From positions 13,303 to 77,302 of the forward strand of contig JBBKWL010000018.1 of the NCBI GenBank assembly GCA_037968975.1: a DNA stretch of 64,000 nucleotides, in the 5' to 3' direction. Under the pieces are notes generated by a model that saw only the letters and a program-made list of their open reading frames with translations, was not told the DNA's origin and did not search any database. Shown here one piece after another: positions 8,709-19,280 of the stretch (positions within the stretch are counted from its first letter, which is position 1; the number at the start of each line of letters is the position of its first letter). Source of the stretch: Woeseiaceae bacterium (GTDB lineage Bacteria > Pseudomonadota > Gammaproteobacteria > Steroidobacterales > Woeseiaceae). The translations under genes and the position numbers were made by a program.

Positions 8709-10460
8709 ATGAAGACCTTAGTCGCAAAACTTGTCCAGGATGCTCTCGCAACGTTGCCGGAGCTGGCCGCTGCCGTCGCCGATCTCGCACTGGAGACGAC
8801 AGTTGAGCGGACCCGTGATCCCAGCCACGGTGATTTCGCGACCAACGTTGCGATGCGCCTGGCGAAACCGGCGGGCATGAATCCACGCGAGCTGGCAGCG
8901 ACAATCGTCGCTGCGATGCCCGCCAGCGCGGACGTCGAAAAAATGGAAATCGCCGGCCCGGGCTTCATAAACATTCACTTGAGTGCTGCCGCTGTTCACG
9001 CGGAAGTCGCGGCAATTCTCGAACAGAAATCCGACTACGGCCGGAAGCCCGTGCAACCGCGGCCGCGAATACTTCTCGAATTTGTCTCCGCCAATCCCAC
9101 CGGACCGCTGCACGTTGGCCATGGACGGCACGCCGCTTACGGCGCAACGGTTGGCAACCTGCTGCAGGCCGCTGGCTACACTGTCGAGCGGGAGTACTAC
9201 GTAAACGACGCCGGCCGGCAAATGGATATTCTGGGCCTCAGCGTCTGGTTGCGTTGGCTGGATGCACAAGGAACGCAGATCGAATTCCCGAACGCTGGCT
9301 ACCGCGGTGAGTACATCCGGGATATTGCCGCGGCAATAGATACGCAAAATGTTGCTGTGGTCGACGCGGCTACAGTACTTGCCGGTATCCCGGCGGACGA
9401 ACCCGAGGGCGACAAGGAAACGCACATCGGTGCACTCATTGAGAGGGCGAAGGAAGTACTCGGTAGCGATAGTTTCAACCATATTCGGCAGCAGTCTCTG
9501 GAGTCTATTCGCCAGGGCATTGAAGAGGATCTCTCGGAATTCGGCGTCGTGTTCGACCGCTGGTATTCGGAGCAAAGCCTGACCACATCCGATCGCATCG
9601 ACGCCGCTTTAGCGGTGCTGCAAGAGCGCGACATGTTGTACCAGAAAGACGGCGCCACCTGGTTTCGTGCCGAGCAGTTTGGTGACGAAAAAGATCGCGT
9701 CGTTATTCGCGACAATGGCGTGAAAACCTATTTCGCCTCCGACATTGCGTATCACTTCGACAAACGCGAACGCGACTACGATCACCTGATTGATATTCTG
9801 GGATCGGATCATCATGGTTACGTTGCTCGCGTGCGCGCCGGACTGGCGGCTATGGGCTATGAGCCAGAGAGCCTTGAAGTTGAATTGATGCAATTCGTCG
9901 CCCTCTATCGCGGCGGCGAAAAAGCGCAAATGTCGACCCGTTCCGGCGAGTTTGTCACCTTGCGCGAACTGCGCGAGGAAGTGGGCAATGATGCAGCACG
10001 CTTTTTCTACGTCATGCGCTCCCACGACCAGCATCTTGAGTTCGATCTTGAGTTGGCGAAAAGTCGCTCAAACGACAATCCGGTGTATTACATCCAGTAC
10101 GCGCACGCGCGTATCTCAAGTGTGTTCCGACAACTGGCAGAGAAATCATTCAGCTACGACCCTGAAAACGGTCGCAGCAACTTGTCGGCGCTGGTCGAGC
10201 CGCAAGAGAAAGCATTGATGACTACGCTGAGTCGCTACCCTGAAATTATTGAACTTGCAGCGAACAATCGGGCTCCGCAGCACCTGGTGCATTACTTGCG
10301 CGATCTTGCGAACGATTTCCATAGCTACTACAACGCGCACGCGTTCATCGTCGACGCCGCAAATATTCGCGACGCGCGTCTGTCGCTTATCAGCGCGACG
10401 CGCTATGTCCTCGTTAGTGGTCTCGACATTCTTGGCGTCTCTGCGCCAGAGAAAATGTAA
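8709..10460 (+). CDS. argS: Arginine--tRNA ligase
   Basis: 583 aa. HIGH-type motif PTGPLHVGHGRHA, MSTRSG (KMSK-like), and the C-terminal anticodon-binding domain ending in M. Confidence 0.97.
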   Translation: MKTLVAKLVQDALATLPELAAAVADLALETTVERTRDPSHGDFATNVAMRLAKPAGMNPRELAATIVAAMPASADVEKMEIAGPGFINIHLSAAAVHAEVAAILEQKSDYGRKPVQPRPRILLEFVSANPTGPLHVGHGRHAAYGATVGNLLQAAGYTVEREYYVNDAGRQMDILGLSVWLRWLDAQGTQIEFPNAGYRGEYIRDIAAAIDTQNVAVVDAATVLAGIPADEPEGDKETHIGALIERAKEVLGSDSFNHIRQQSLESIRQGIEEDLSEFGVVFDRWYSEQSLTTSDRIDAALAVLQERDMLYQKDGATWFRAEQFGDEKDRVVIRDNGVKTYFASDIAYHFDKRERDYDHLIDILGSDHHGYVARVRAGLAAMGYEPESLEVELMQFVALYRGGEKAQMSTRSGEFVTLRELREEVGNDAARFFYVMRSHDQHLEFDLELAKSRSNDNPVYYIQYAHARISSVFRQLAEKSFSYDPENGRSNLSALVEPQEKALMTTLSRYPEIIELAANNRAPQHLVHYLRDLANDFHSYYNAHAFIVDAANIRDARLSLISATRYVLVSGLDILGVSAPEKM

Positions 10461-11047
10461 TGGCGCAACGCAAGAAACGCCGCTCCACGCGCAAGCGCAG
10501 CACTGCACAACAGCAGAGTTATCCTGGCTGGCTGTGGATGTTATTTGGCCTGGCAATTGGTTTGTCGGTCGCGTTCGCGATCTACGTGAAGGACGACGAA
10601 CCTGCGCCGCCGCTGGCCGCCAACGTACCGAGTGCAATTGACAAGAATGGCGAGGCCATGATCCCGGCAAGTGCAACGCCGGAACCCAAAGTTGAAAAGA
10701 AGGAGCGGCGCTTCACCTTCTACGATCTGTTACCGGCGGCTGAGTTTGTAGTGCCTGAAAAAGCGCCAACCGCTGAGGAAGAGGACGTACAACCTGCGGC
10801 CATCGTCGAGCCCGGGGTCTATGTTCTGCAGGCCGGGTCATTCTCGACCAACACGGACGCCGATCGACGCCGTGCCGAGCTCGCATTGCAGGGCATCGAG
10901 TCGCACATTCAGCGGGTCACGGTAAATGACCGCGACTATCATCGCGTCTATGTTGGGCCAACCGACGACCTCGACGAACTCAATCTGCTACGCAGCAGAT
11001 TGCGGGCCGCAAAAATCGACGTCCTGAGAATTCGGCTTAGTGATTAG
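10460..11047 (+). CDS. SPOR domain-containing (septal peptidoglycan-binding) protein
   Basis: Basic N-terminus, one TM helix, low-complexity linker, and a C-terminal SPOR-like domain (YVLQAGSFSTNTDADRRRAELALQGIESHIQRV...YHRVYVGP). Confidence 0.8.
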   Translation: MAQRKKRRSTRKRSTAQQQSYPGWLWMLFGLAIGLSVAFAIYVKDDEPAPPLAANVPSAIDKNGEAMIPASATPEPKVEKKERRFTFYDLLPAAEFVVPEKAPTAEEEDVQPAAIVEPGVYVLQAGSFSTNTDADRRRAELALQGIESHIQRVTVNDRDYHRVYVGPTDDLDELNLLRSRLRAAKIDVLRIRLSD

Positions 11048-12098
11048 ACGTCGTCAACTGACAACCTGTGTGGCTGTGTTCACATTGGTCGTATGCGCTG
11101 ATACTTCGGCTGAGGAATCGACCCACATCAGTATCGCCGCTGTTGGCGACATGATGATTGGCACCGACTATCCGCGCAATCATTTACCGGACGACGATGG
11201 TGTTGGCTATTTCAGCGCCGTAACGCCGATTCTGTCGGCGGCCGACATTACTTTCGGCAACCTCGAAGGCACGCTGGTAGACGGTGGCGAACCGGCAAGC
11301 AAGTGCAAGAATATGAGCGCTTGCTACCTGTTTCGTTCGCCGACACGGTATGCGCGGCACTACCGAAAAGCCGGGTTCGATGTGTTGAGTCTGGCAAATA
11401 ACCACGCCCGGGATTTTGGGGAGGACGGTCGCACTGCAACGATGCAGGCACTGGATGCAGCTGGCATTCACCATTCCGGCCGCGTCGGGGAGTTTGCGAG
11501 CTTCGAGAAGAAGGGGCTTTCTATCGCTGTTCTCTCCTATGCGGTTACACAGAAATCCAACCTGCTGCATGACTATGAACTTGCCGAGCGAACGGTTGCT
11601 TCTTTTGCGGCATCGCACGACATTGTCATCGTGACGTTTCACGGCGGCGCCGAAGGTGCGTCGATGATGCATGTACCCTTCGCGGAGGAAGAGTATTACG
11701 GTGAACCTCGCGGCGATGTCGCACGATTTTCGCGTAGCGTGGTCGACGCTGGCGCTGACCTGGTGCTTGGACATGGCCCGCACGTAGTGCGCGGTATGGA
11801 GCTCTACAAGGGCCGGCTAATCGCCTACAGCCTGGGCAACTTTGCAACCTATTACGGCATCAGCGTAGAGGGCGTGAAAGGCGTCGCGCCAATATTGACC
11901 GCAACGCTCGACCAACACGGCCGCTTTGTGGCGGGCAAAATCACCTCTACTGTGCAGCTGCGCCCTCACGGCCCGAGCATTGATGCTCAGGACAGGGCAC
12001 TGAACCTGATCCGCGATTTAAGTCTTGAAGATTTCAAGGACCCTGGCCTGACCTTCTCTCCCGAAGGTGACCTGCTGCCCATCACTCATCTGCGTTGA
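11040..12098 (+). CDS. CapA/PGA_cap family metallophosphatase-like exported protein
   Basis: Signal peptide, then AAVGDMMIGTDYP...FGNLEG...LSLANNHARDFG...HGGAE...GHGPHV motifs. Confidence 0.75.
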   Translation: MIRRRQLTTCVAVFTLVVCADTSAEESTHISIAAVGDMMIGTDYPRNHLPDDDGVGYFSAVTPILSAADITFGNLEGTLVDGGEPASKCKNMSACYLFRSPTRYARHYRKAGFDVLSLANNHARDFGEDGRTATMQALDAAGIHHSGRVGEFASFEKKGLSIAVLSYAVTQKSNLLHDYELAERTVASFAASHDIVIVTFHGGAEGASMMHVPFAEEEYYGEPRGDVARFSRSVVDAGADLVLGHGPHVVRGMELYKGRLIAYSLGNFATYYGISVEGVKGVAPILTATLDQHGRFVAGKITSTVQLRPHGPSIDAQDRALNLIRDLSLEDFKDPGLTFSPEGDLLPITHLR

Positions 12099-13449
12099 CG
12101 GCTTTAAAATTTACGCCGAGCGTGCGTAATTTCCGATACAGGTGAGTTCGCTCCATGCCAACGCGTTTCGCCAGCTGCCCGACCTTGCCATCGCAGAGCA
12201 CCAGTTGTTGTTGCAAATAGGCGCGCTCGAACTGCTCGCGTGCTTCGCGTAGCGGTAGCGACAACAAGTCCTGCTTCACCAGCGGCTCATCAACCTGCTC
12301 GCCGGCGTTGATGTCCGCCTCAACTTCTTCGAGTGAAATGTCGCCTTCGCCTTGTGCAAGCAACAGGCGGCGCACCAGGTTCTTGAGCTCGCGAACGTTA
12401 TTCGGCCACGGGTAGTTACGCAGCCGGTTTTGCGCCGCGACACTGAAGCGCCGAAACGTCAAAGCCTCGGAGTCGACGAGTTTGTCAACGTAATAGGCCA
12501 GCAATTCGGGAACGTCTTCGGAGTATTCACGCAACGGCGGTACTCGCAAGGACAATGCATTCAGATGCGAAACGACGTCGCGGCGCAACTCGCCACTGTC
12601 CATCTTCGCGTCGTAGTCTGTCCCGGCAGTGGCAACGATACGCGCATTGAGTCGTAAGTCCTCACTACCGCCCACACGTCGGATACTGCGGTTTTCCATG
12701 ACCGCAATCAGGATTTTTTGTGCCGCATCATTCAGGTCGGTCAGCTCGTCGATTAACAAGGTACCGCCCGCGGCGCGCTCGAATGCACCGGCATGAATCT
12801 CACCGCCGGATTCACTGCCCAGCAGCTGTTCCTCGACGTTGCTGTCGGTCAGCGATGCGCCAGTAACACTTACCAAAGGCTCATCTGTACGACTGCTCAA
12901 TGCGTGCAAATAGCGCGCGAATGCGCTGCGACCTGTGCCGGGCTCGCCGGTAAGCAGGACCGGGGCATCGTGCCGCGCGTACTGCTGCACTTTGTCGCGC
13001 AAAAGTTGCATTAGTTTGCTGCGACCGACCGGTGCCAGAAGTGACGGCAGCAATGCGTGTGCGGTCCTGGATTGTTTGTCAGCCGAGCTTAACGCGGCCT
13101 CAACGGTGCGTAACAATTTGGCAAGCGAGAGCGGCTTTTCGACGAAATCGAACGCGCCAAGGCGCGTCGCTTCGACTGCTGTGTCCACGCTGCCATGCCC
13201 GGACATGATGACAACCGGACAGTTCAGGTCGCCTCCCTCAGACCATTCGCGTAGCAGGGTAATGCCGTCGGTATCGGGCATCCAGATATCCAGCAGGATC
13301 AGGTCGAATTTTTTATCCGCACGCGCGGCGCGCGCCGCCTCTGCGTCAGCGGCTACTGTGACTCCATAGCCTTCATCGGTCAGAATGTCCTGAATCAAGG
13401 CACGGATGTCCTCTTCATCATCGACCACCAGCACATGAGATGTACTCAT
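12082..13449 (-). CDS. NtrX-like response regulator (receiver + AAA+ + Fis-type HTH)
   Basis: Receiver VLVVDDEEDIR...DLILLDIWMPDTDG; AAA+ core GEPGTGRS ... GAFERAAGGTLLIDE; C-terminal HTH QLAKRVGMERTHLYRKLRTLG. Translationally coupled to the kinase upstream. Confidence 0.85.
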   Translation of the reverse strand: MSTSHVLVVDDEEDIRALIQDILTDEGYGVTVAADAEAARAARADKKFDLILLDIWMPDTDGITLLREWSEGGDLNCPVVIMSGHGSVDTAVEATRLGAFDFVEKPLSLAKLLRTVEAALSSADKQSRTAHALLPSLLAPVGRSKLMQLLRDKVQQYARHDAPVLLTGEPGTGRSAFARYLHALSSRTDEPLVSVTGASLTDSNVEEQLLGSESGGEIHAGAFERAAGGTLLIDELTDLNDAAQKILIAVMENRSIRRVGGSEDLRLNARIVATAGTDYDAKMDSGELRRDVVSHLNALSLRVPPLREYSEDVPELLAYYVDKLVDSEALTFRRFSVAAQNRLRNYPWPNNVRELKNLVRRLLLAQGEGDISLEEVEADINAGEQVDEPLVKQDLLSLPLREAREQFERAYLQQQLVLCDGKVGQLAKRVGMERTHLYRKLRTLGVNFKAVNADE

Positions 13450-15668
13450 GCTTGTTCCCTCCTTTTCTCGGCACGTTTAGGTGCCTGTGTAATTATCGCC
13501 TCGCGTGCTGCCTCGGTCAGGGGCAGTCTGATACTGATAACCGCCCCTCCAGCTCTGCTGTTATATGCGCGGATTGATCCGATGTGTTCTTCGACCAGTT
13601 TTTTCACAATGGCAAGACCAAGGCCGGTGCCTTTCGGTTTCGTCGTGACGTAAGGATCAAACACCTGACTTAGCGAACTTTCTTCGAAACCAGGTCCGTT
13701 GTCCTCGACTTTGATTTGCATGATGTCGATATGGTCGATTTCAGCAACACTCACATGGACGTCGATCTGACCGTCGCTGGTGCTTTCGAGGGCTTCGATC
13801 GCATTGCGTATGAGGTTGTGCAGAATCTGCCGTACCCGACCAATGTCGGCATTGATCATTGGCATGCTCGGGTCTGAGGTTAGAACGATATCGATACCAC
13901 TCTCCTGCGCGCGATACAGGTCGACGACTTCAGACACCAGCTTGTCCATACTGAACATTCCGATATCCATGTCCGGTGCTCGTGCATAGTCACTGAACGC
14001 GTTGACCATCTCCTTCATCGCCTCTACCTGTTGCACGATGGTATGGGTCGCGCGGTCGAGAACCTGCGCATCCTCTGCGTTCATTGTGCCGAGGTATTTA
14101 CGTCGCATTCGCTCGGCGGACAGCTGGATCGGCGTCAATGGATTCTTGATCTCATGCGCCAGTCGGCGGGCGACTTCACCCCACGCAGCGTCTCGCTGCG
14201 CCTGTAACAGAGCCGTGATGTCATCGAACACGATGACATAACCGGCAGCGTTGTCTTCATCACCGGGCAGCGTGGTACAGGCACAGGTCAGCACGCGTCG
14301 ACCGGTTTCACCACGCAGCACCAGTTGTTCGCGCCACTCGGTTTCGCCGGCACTAAGGTGCACTTTCGCGACATCGACAAACTGTTCGAGTAACGGCTCA
14401 CCTTTTGCAATGTCTAACAGGAACTCCCCTGTATGGGCGCCGAGGTCGAAATTCAAAATCGCCCCTGACGCTTCGTTGGCAGTGCGAATACGCATGTCCG
14501 ACTCCAACGCCACCACACCGGTCGATAGTCGCGCCAGTATCACTTCGAGATTGGTGCGCTCTGCCTCAACCAGCGCAGCAGACAGGCTCGCTTCGCGCCT
14601 CGCAGAAGCCAGCCGTTGCGTCATGTCGTTGAAAGAGTTGATCAGAAAGCCGATTTCGTCGCGCGACGGTTTCGGTAGCCGTGTATCGAAGTCTCCCTCA
14701 GCGACTGCGCGCGTGCCGGCAACCAGGTCCTGAATCGGCGCGACCATCCGCCGTGCCAATACAAACGCGCCATAGACGGCAGCCAGCAGACTCAACATGA
14801 AGATAATGGTTAGCGTTAGAGACAGTGTTTCCTTGAGCGGCTGCCGCAAATACAACATGCGCTGATAGCCAAGGTAAGACGAATCAACGCTCTCGGCCAT
14901 GCGCGCCAGCCTTTCCGTCACCGGAAACTGTGCTTGCAGGACGCCAATTGGTTCTGCCCGCCCACTGATGCGAAACAGGACTGCCGTTCTAACAATGTAA
15001 CCTTCCGGATCCAGCGCAACGTACGGCCTTCCCTGCTGCAATTGCAGCAGTACTTCTTCTGTCAGGGCACGCGGTAGTTCTGCTTCAGAGCTGTCTGAAC
15101 TGGTTGCCAGAATACGGTTATTGCTACCGTAGATTGTTATCTCGCTGGCGCCGCTTTCGCGCCGCAACATGCTGAGTTCGAACACCAGTTGACGCTCGTT
15201 ACCGTGCCCGAGCTGTTGCGCGATTTTCTGTGTCGTATTGAGATGCTGGCGCACCTGCATCGATAATGCTGCCTGGCTCAGCTTCAACGCATTCTCCATG
15301 CCTTCTTCCACTTCGATGTTGAACCAGGAATCGATGCCACGATTAATGAATTGCAGCGAGAAATAGAACACGATGATCAGCGGCAACGCGGCCAGACCGA
15401 CAAACATGCCGACCATGCGTGCTTTTAGCCGGGCTCCGGGAACATGGGTCCGGTAATCGCGCCACAGCCTTGCAAGATTTCCGACCAGTAAAATAAACAG
15501 CAGAATGATGCCGGCAATATTGATTGCAAAAATCACGTTGTGCAGACGATCAAAGTCATTCGAGTTCTGCGCGGTGAGGCTGAGCAGGAACACAGCAACC
15601 AGGACCGTGCCGACCCCGAGCGCGGCCAGCGACGTGTAGAAACCGCGTTTTATCGCTCGAGTATCCAT
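13446..15668 (-). CDS. NtrY-like sensor histidine kinase (multi-TM, HAMP, PAS, HisKA, HATPase)
   Basis: 740 aa. H-box HEIKNPLTPIQLSAERM, N-box HNLIRNAIEA, DNGPGF, GTGLGLAIVKK. Confidence 0.85.
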   Translation of the reverse strand: MDTRAIKRGFYTSLAALGVGTVLVAVFLLSLTAQNSNDFDRLHNVIFAINIAGIILLFILLVGNLARLWRDYRTHVPGARLKARMVGMFVGLAALPLIIVFYFSLQFINRGIDSWFNIEVEEGMENALKLSQAALSMQVRQHLNTTQKIAQQLGHGNERQLVFELSMLRRESGASEITIYGSNNRILATSSDSSEAELPRALTEEVLLQLQQGRPYVALDPEGYIVRTAVLFRISGRAEPIGVLQAQFPVTERLARMAESVDSSYLGYQRMLYLRQPLKETLSLTLTIIFMLSLLAAVYGAFVLARRMVAPIQDLVAGTRAVAEGDFDTRLPKPSRDEIGFLINSFNDMTQRLASARREASLSAALVEAERTNLEVILARLSTGVVALESDMRIRTANEASGAILNFDLGAHTGEFLLDIAKGEPLLEQFVDVAKVHLSAGETEWREQLVLRGETGRRVLTCACTTLPGDEDNAAGYVIVFDDITALLQAQRDAAWGEVARRLAHEIKNPLTPIQLSAERMRRKYLGTMNAEDAQVLDRATHTIVQQVEAMKEMVNAFSDYARAPDMDIGMFSMDKLVSEVVDLYRAQESGIDIVLTSDPSMPMINADIGRVRQILHNLIRNAIEALESTSDGQIDVHVSVAEIDHIDIMQIKVEDNGPGFEESSLSQVFDPYVTTKPKGTGLGLAIVKKLVEEHIGSIRAYNSRAGGAVISIRLPLTEAAREAIITQAPKRAEKRREQA

Positions 15669-16252
15669 TCAGACCATTCACTTTCGAGTTGCCACTGGCC
15701 ACGCCAGAAGAAGAGCATCCGGATTGGCGCGGAATACTGCCGCGTCTGCAGCAACGCCCGCACCCGTATTCGATATTCACTTGCCGTTTCGAGTACCGCG
15801 TCATCAATCAGTGGCAGACCCTGAATCCGGCCGAGGTTGTTCAATGCAGAGTAGAGTGTTGAGAACGAATCCTGCTCACCACTGTTCAGGTTGCGCACGA
15901 TGTAGCGCTGCGTCAGCGGGTGATATTCCAGTTCGTAGCGGATAGCCAGCTCCGCCTCAAGATTGTCGAGATACCAGCGACGAACGCGGATTAGCTCGGC
16001 CTGCAATTCGATGCTGAGGGTAAAGCCGCTGGCAAGCGCCCGCAGCGCCTCGCTACTGAGTACCAGCTGCATCCGTGCGTCGAGTACGTGAACCCCGTCC
16101 CGGAGCTCCGCTTCGGCAGACCGAATCTCAAAGTAGCCTTCCCGATCCTCTTCGTCGTCCTGGGCAACAGCGACACCCGTGCCTGCCACCAGCAACCCCA
16201 GCAACAGCGCAGGCAGCAGGCGAAAGCGTCGATTTTTTGCTACAGATGACAT
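15650..16252 (-). CDS. Exported protein, DUF4390-like
   Basis: Signal peptide MSSVAKNRRFRLLPALLLGLLVAGTGVAVA. It holds the conserved position between rsmB and the NtrY-like kinase. The family name is from memory. Confidence 0.6.
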   Translation of the reverse strand: MSSVAKNRRFRLLPALLLGLLVAGTGVAVAQDDEEDREGYFEIRSAEAELRDGVHVLDARMQLVLSSEALRALASGFTLSIELQAELIRVRRWYLDNLEAELAIRYELEYHPLTQRYIVRNLNSGEQDSFSTLYSALNNLGRIQGLPLIDDAVLETASEYRIRVRALLQTRQYSAPIRMLFFWRGQWQLESEWSEWILER

Positions 16253-16261
16253 TCGTGTTCT

Positions 16262-17590
16262 TCAGGAAACCTTTTCGAGACAGGCAAAATAGAAGCCGTC
16301 CAGACCCGCTGTTCCGGGCAGAATCTGCTGGCCGCAGGCCTTGCCCTGCATTAAATCGTGGATGTTGTTATTTTGCAACACGGTGGCTTGCTGCAGGTCA
16401 CTGTGCGCGCCCAGAAAGCGTGTCACGACCGCATCATTTTCCGCCGCAAACACAGAACAAGTCACGTACAGCAGGCGTCCACCAGGCTTCAGCGTTTGCC
16501 AAAGACCCGTGAGCATCGCCAACTGCAGTTTGGCAAGCGCGGCGATATCCGCTGCGCGTCGCAGATGTTTTATGTCCGGATGGCGGCGAATTACACCACT
16601 GGCCGAGCATGCCGCGTCGAGCAAAATCCCGTCGAAAGGCTGCTGGTCCCACCACGCATCGGGAGTCGCCACGTCGCCGCACAGTATTGTCGCACCCAGG
16701 CCAAGCCGCTCGAGATTCTGGCTGACGGCCTCCAGCCGCCTGGCGTCGTTATCGACACTGGTTAATTCGATTTCTGCACCGCCAATCTCCAGCAAATGGG
16801 CGCTTTTTCCGCCCGGGGCCGCGCAGGCGTCGAGAATTCGTCCCCGTACTCCTGCCAGCAACCATGGCGCCGCCAACTGCGCCGCGGCGTCTTGTACTGA
16901 CACATGCCCGTCAGCGAACCCGGGCAATCGGTCGATCGCCTGCGGCTCAGTGAGACGCACGGCCTGCGGCAACCCCGCGACTGTCTCGGACTCGATTTCG
17001 ACCTCACGCAAGCGCCTGACGTAGTCGGCAGCGCTGCCATGCGCGGGGTTCACACGCAGCCACATTGGTGCGCGGTCATTATTGGCGGTCAGTATCGACT
17101 GCCAGTCGTCAGGCCAATCGCTGCGCAACATCTCGATCATCCAACGCGGGTGATCGTATTCAGCTTCTTCGTTGGACGGCGCCTGCTCGCTAATTCGGTC
17201 GCGCAAAAACCGCCGCAATATGGCGTTTACCAATGGCGCCAGCTTCGGACGACGCAGGTGCCGCGCGGCCTCGACCGTTTCCGACACCACCGCGTGGTCG
17301 GGAATGCGCGTATCGCTGAGCTGAAACAGACCCACCGCAAGTAGCGCATTCACACAGCTATCGCGCGCCTTGAGCGGTCGCGACAGTAGAGTGTCCAGCC
17401 ACCCTTGCAAGTGCCAGTGATTGCGCAACGTGCCGTAACTCAACATGCGCAACAGAGCCAGATCGCGTTCCGCAACCTGCGATTCGCAATCTGCCAGCGC
17501 CCGGTCCAGCGACTGCCCCTGAGATATCACATTGTCGACAACCTGCGCTGCGGTGGCTCGCAGCTTCGCGCCCGAGGTGTTCTCGCTCAT
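16262..17590 (-). CDS. rsmB: 16S rRNA (cytosine967-C5)-methyltransferase
   Basis: NusB-like N-terminal domain, SAM motif ILDACAAPGGKS, catalytic DAACSASGVIRRHPDIK. fmt-rsmB synteny supports the call. Confidence 0.92.
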   Translation of the reverse strand: MSENTSGAKLRATAAQVVDNVISQGQSLDRALADCESQVAERDLALLRMLSYGTLRNHWHLQGWLDTLLSRPLKARDSCVNALLAVGLFQLSDTRIPDHAVVSETVEAARHLRRPKLAPLVNAILRRFLRDRISEQAPSNEEAEYDHPRWMIEMLRSDWPDDWQSILTANNDRAPMWLRVNPAHGSAADYVRRLREVEIESETVAGLPQAVRLTEPQAIDRLPGFADGHVSVQDAAAQLAAPWLLAGVRGRILDACAAPGGKSAHLLEIGGAEIELTSVDNDARRLEAVSQNLERLGLGATILCGDVATPDAWWDQQPFDGILLDAACSASGVIRRHPDIKHLRRAADIAALAKLQLAMLTGLWQTLKPGGRLLYVTCSVFAAENDAVVTRFLGAHSDLQQATVLQNNNIHDLMQGKACGQQILPGTAGLDGFYFACLEKVS

Positions 17591-18516
17591 AGCTGCTGGC
17601 CAACGATGTCGACGTTCGAGATGAATTGTTTGGCACTAACGGGACGTTTACCGGGACGCTGTAATTCAATCAGGCGTAACGCCCCCTGCCCGCACGCAAC
17701 CACAATGCCGTCGGGGCCCGCGTCGACAACGGTTCCCGCAGGCGCATCCTCCGCAACAGCTTCTGCAGCCCGCCAACATTTAATGCGCTCATCAGCGAAC
17801 ATAAAAAACGCGCCCGGCACGGGATTGAATGCCCTGACCAAACGTGCAAGTTCCGCGGCCGAACATTGCCAGTCGATCTCGGCATCACTGGTTTTTATCT
17901 TGTGCGCATAGGTCGCAGCGGCATCATTCTGTTCCACGGCGCTGATCCTGGAGTCGATAATATCTGCGAGGTGCTCTACCAGGAGCGTGCCGCCAACCGC
18001 AGCCAACCTGTCGTGCAGCTCACCGGCGGTTTCATCAGGACTGATCTGCAAAGTTTCGCTAACAAAGACCGGCCCGCAATCCAGCCCGGCAGTCATCGAC
18101 ATCAGGCACACGCCGGTTTCTTCGTCGCCGGCAAGAATTGCTGCCTGAATCGGTGCCGCGCCACGCCAGCGCGGCAACAATGACGCGTGTACGTTGAGGC
18201 AACCTGCTCGCGGAATATCCAGCACTCGTTGTGGCAGCAGCAAACCATACGCAGCGACGATCATGATGTCTGCTTGCAGCGCCGTTAGCTGCGCGGCAAT
18301 GTCGTCGCCACGTAGTGATTCTGGCTGCAGCACATTCAGGTCATGCGCCAGCGCGAACTCCTTCACCGGACTTGCCTTAAGATGCTTACCGCGCCCCGCC
18401 GGTCGGTCTGGCTGGGTAAGCACTGCAACCGGAACGCTGCCTGCCTGCAGCAGCGCACGCAGCGAGGCAAGAGCGAACTCAGGCGTACCTGCAAAAATGA
18501 CTCGAGGATTGTTCAA
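17587..18516 (-). CDS. fmt: Methionyl-tRNA formyltransferase
   Basis: RVIFAGTPEFA..., NVHASLLPRWRGAAPIQ. It overlaps the rsmB start by 4 nt. Confidence 0.95.
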   Translation of the reverse strand: MNNPRVIFAGTPEFALASLRALLQAGSVPVAVLTQPDRPAGRGKHLKASPVKEFALAHDLNVLQPESLRGDDIAAQLTALQADIMIVAAYGLLLPQRVLDIPRAGCLNVHASLLPRWRGAAPIQAAILAGDEETGVCLMSMTAGLDCGPVFVSETLQISPDETAGELHDRLAAVGGTLLVEHLADIIDSRISAVEQNDAAATYAHKIKTSDAEIDWQCSAAELARLVRAFNPVPGAFFMFADERIKCWRAAEAVAEDAPAGTVVDAGPDGIVVACGQGALRLIELQRPGKRPVSAKQFISNVDIVGQQL

Positions 18517-18525
18517 GGGATGATC

Positions 18526-19047
18526 CTACGGCGACCCGGCGTCTGCGCTGCGGTGACGCTGGTCGCGAACCAGGCGCTTGCGAATGCGCGAGCGTTTCGC
18601 CTCAGACAGATAGTCGACAAACAACTTGCCATCGAGGTGATCGATTTCGTGCTGCACGACCACGGCCAGTAAGCCTTCAAATTCTGCCTCGACTTCATCG
18701 CCATTGCGGTCCTGATATTGCACCCGAATATGGTCGGCGCGTTCTACCTCTTCGTAGTAGCCGGGTACCGACAGACAGCCTTCCTCACTGACCTGCACAC
18801 CATCTTTCTCAAGAATGACAGGATTGATGAACACGTGCGGCGCAGAGTTGTCCGGGGAGACATCCGCGACCAGGAAGCGGCGGTGCACGTCAACCTGCGT
18901 CGCCGCCAGACCAATTCCCGGTGCCGCATACATGGTTTCAAACATGCTATCGAGCAGTTCTCGCAGGGCGTCATCCACCTCTGCAACCGGCGTAGCGGTC
19001 TTGCGCAGCCGCGGGTCCGGAAATTCCAAAATCGTAAGTTTTGCCAT
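18526..19047 (-). CDS. def: Peptide deformylase
   Basis: [17 protein letters not shown] and QHEIDHLDG motifs. Confidence 0.95.
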   Translation of the reverse strand: MAKLTILEFPDPRLRKTATPVAEVDDALRELLDSMFETMYAAPGIGLAATQVDVHRRFLVADVSPDNSAPHVFINPVILEKDGVQVSEEGCLSVPGYYEEVERADHIRVQYQDRNGDEVEAEFEGLLAVVVQHEIDHLDGKLFVDYLSEAKRSRIRKRLVRDQRHRSADAGSP

Positions 19048-19280
19048 AATTTCTATACTGCAGAAAGTTAGTTATTCGCGTAAATTGCGACCAAACGAGT
19101 CTAAATGATTGACTTTACTTAATAAAATGTCAGACAATTGCCGCCAGACGAACTCATCCCGGTAGCAGATTACGCCCGGAAATGTGACGTAATTGGCAGC
19201 TTCGACGGCACCGGAACGACATATTATAGCAACGCCAAAAAGCTAAAGGTCTCAACACCGTGCATGGAGTATTGAGCAAC

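Noticed and set aside
19048-19259. An AT-rich 212-bp def / LysM divergent intergenic region scanned for an sRNA or tRNA
   Set aside because: No cloverleaf or terminator-bounded hairpin structure is visible. This is most simply a shared promoter region.
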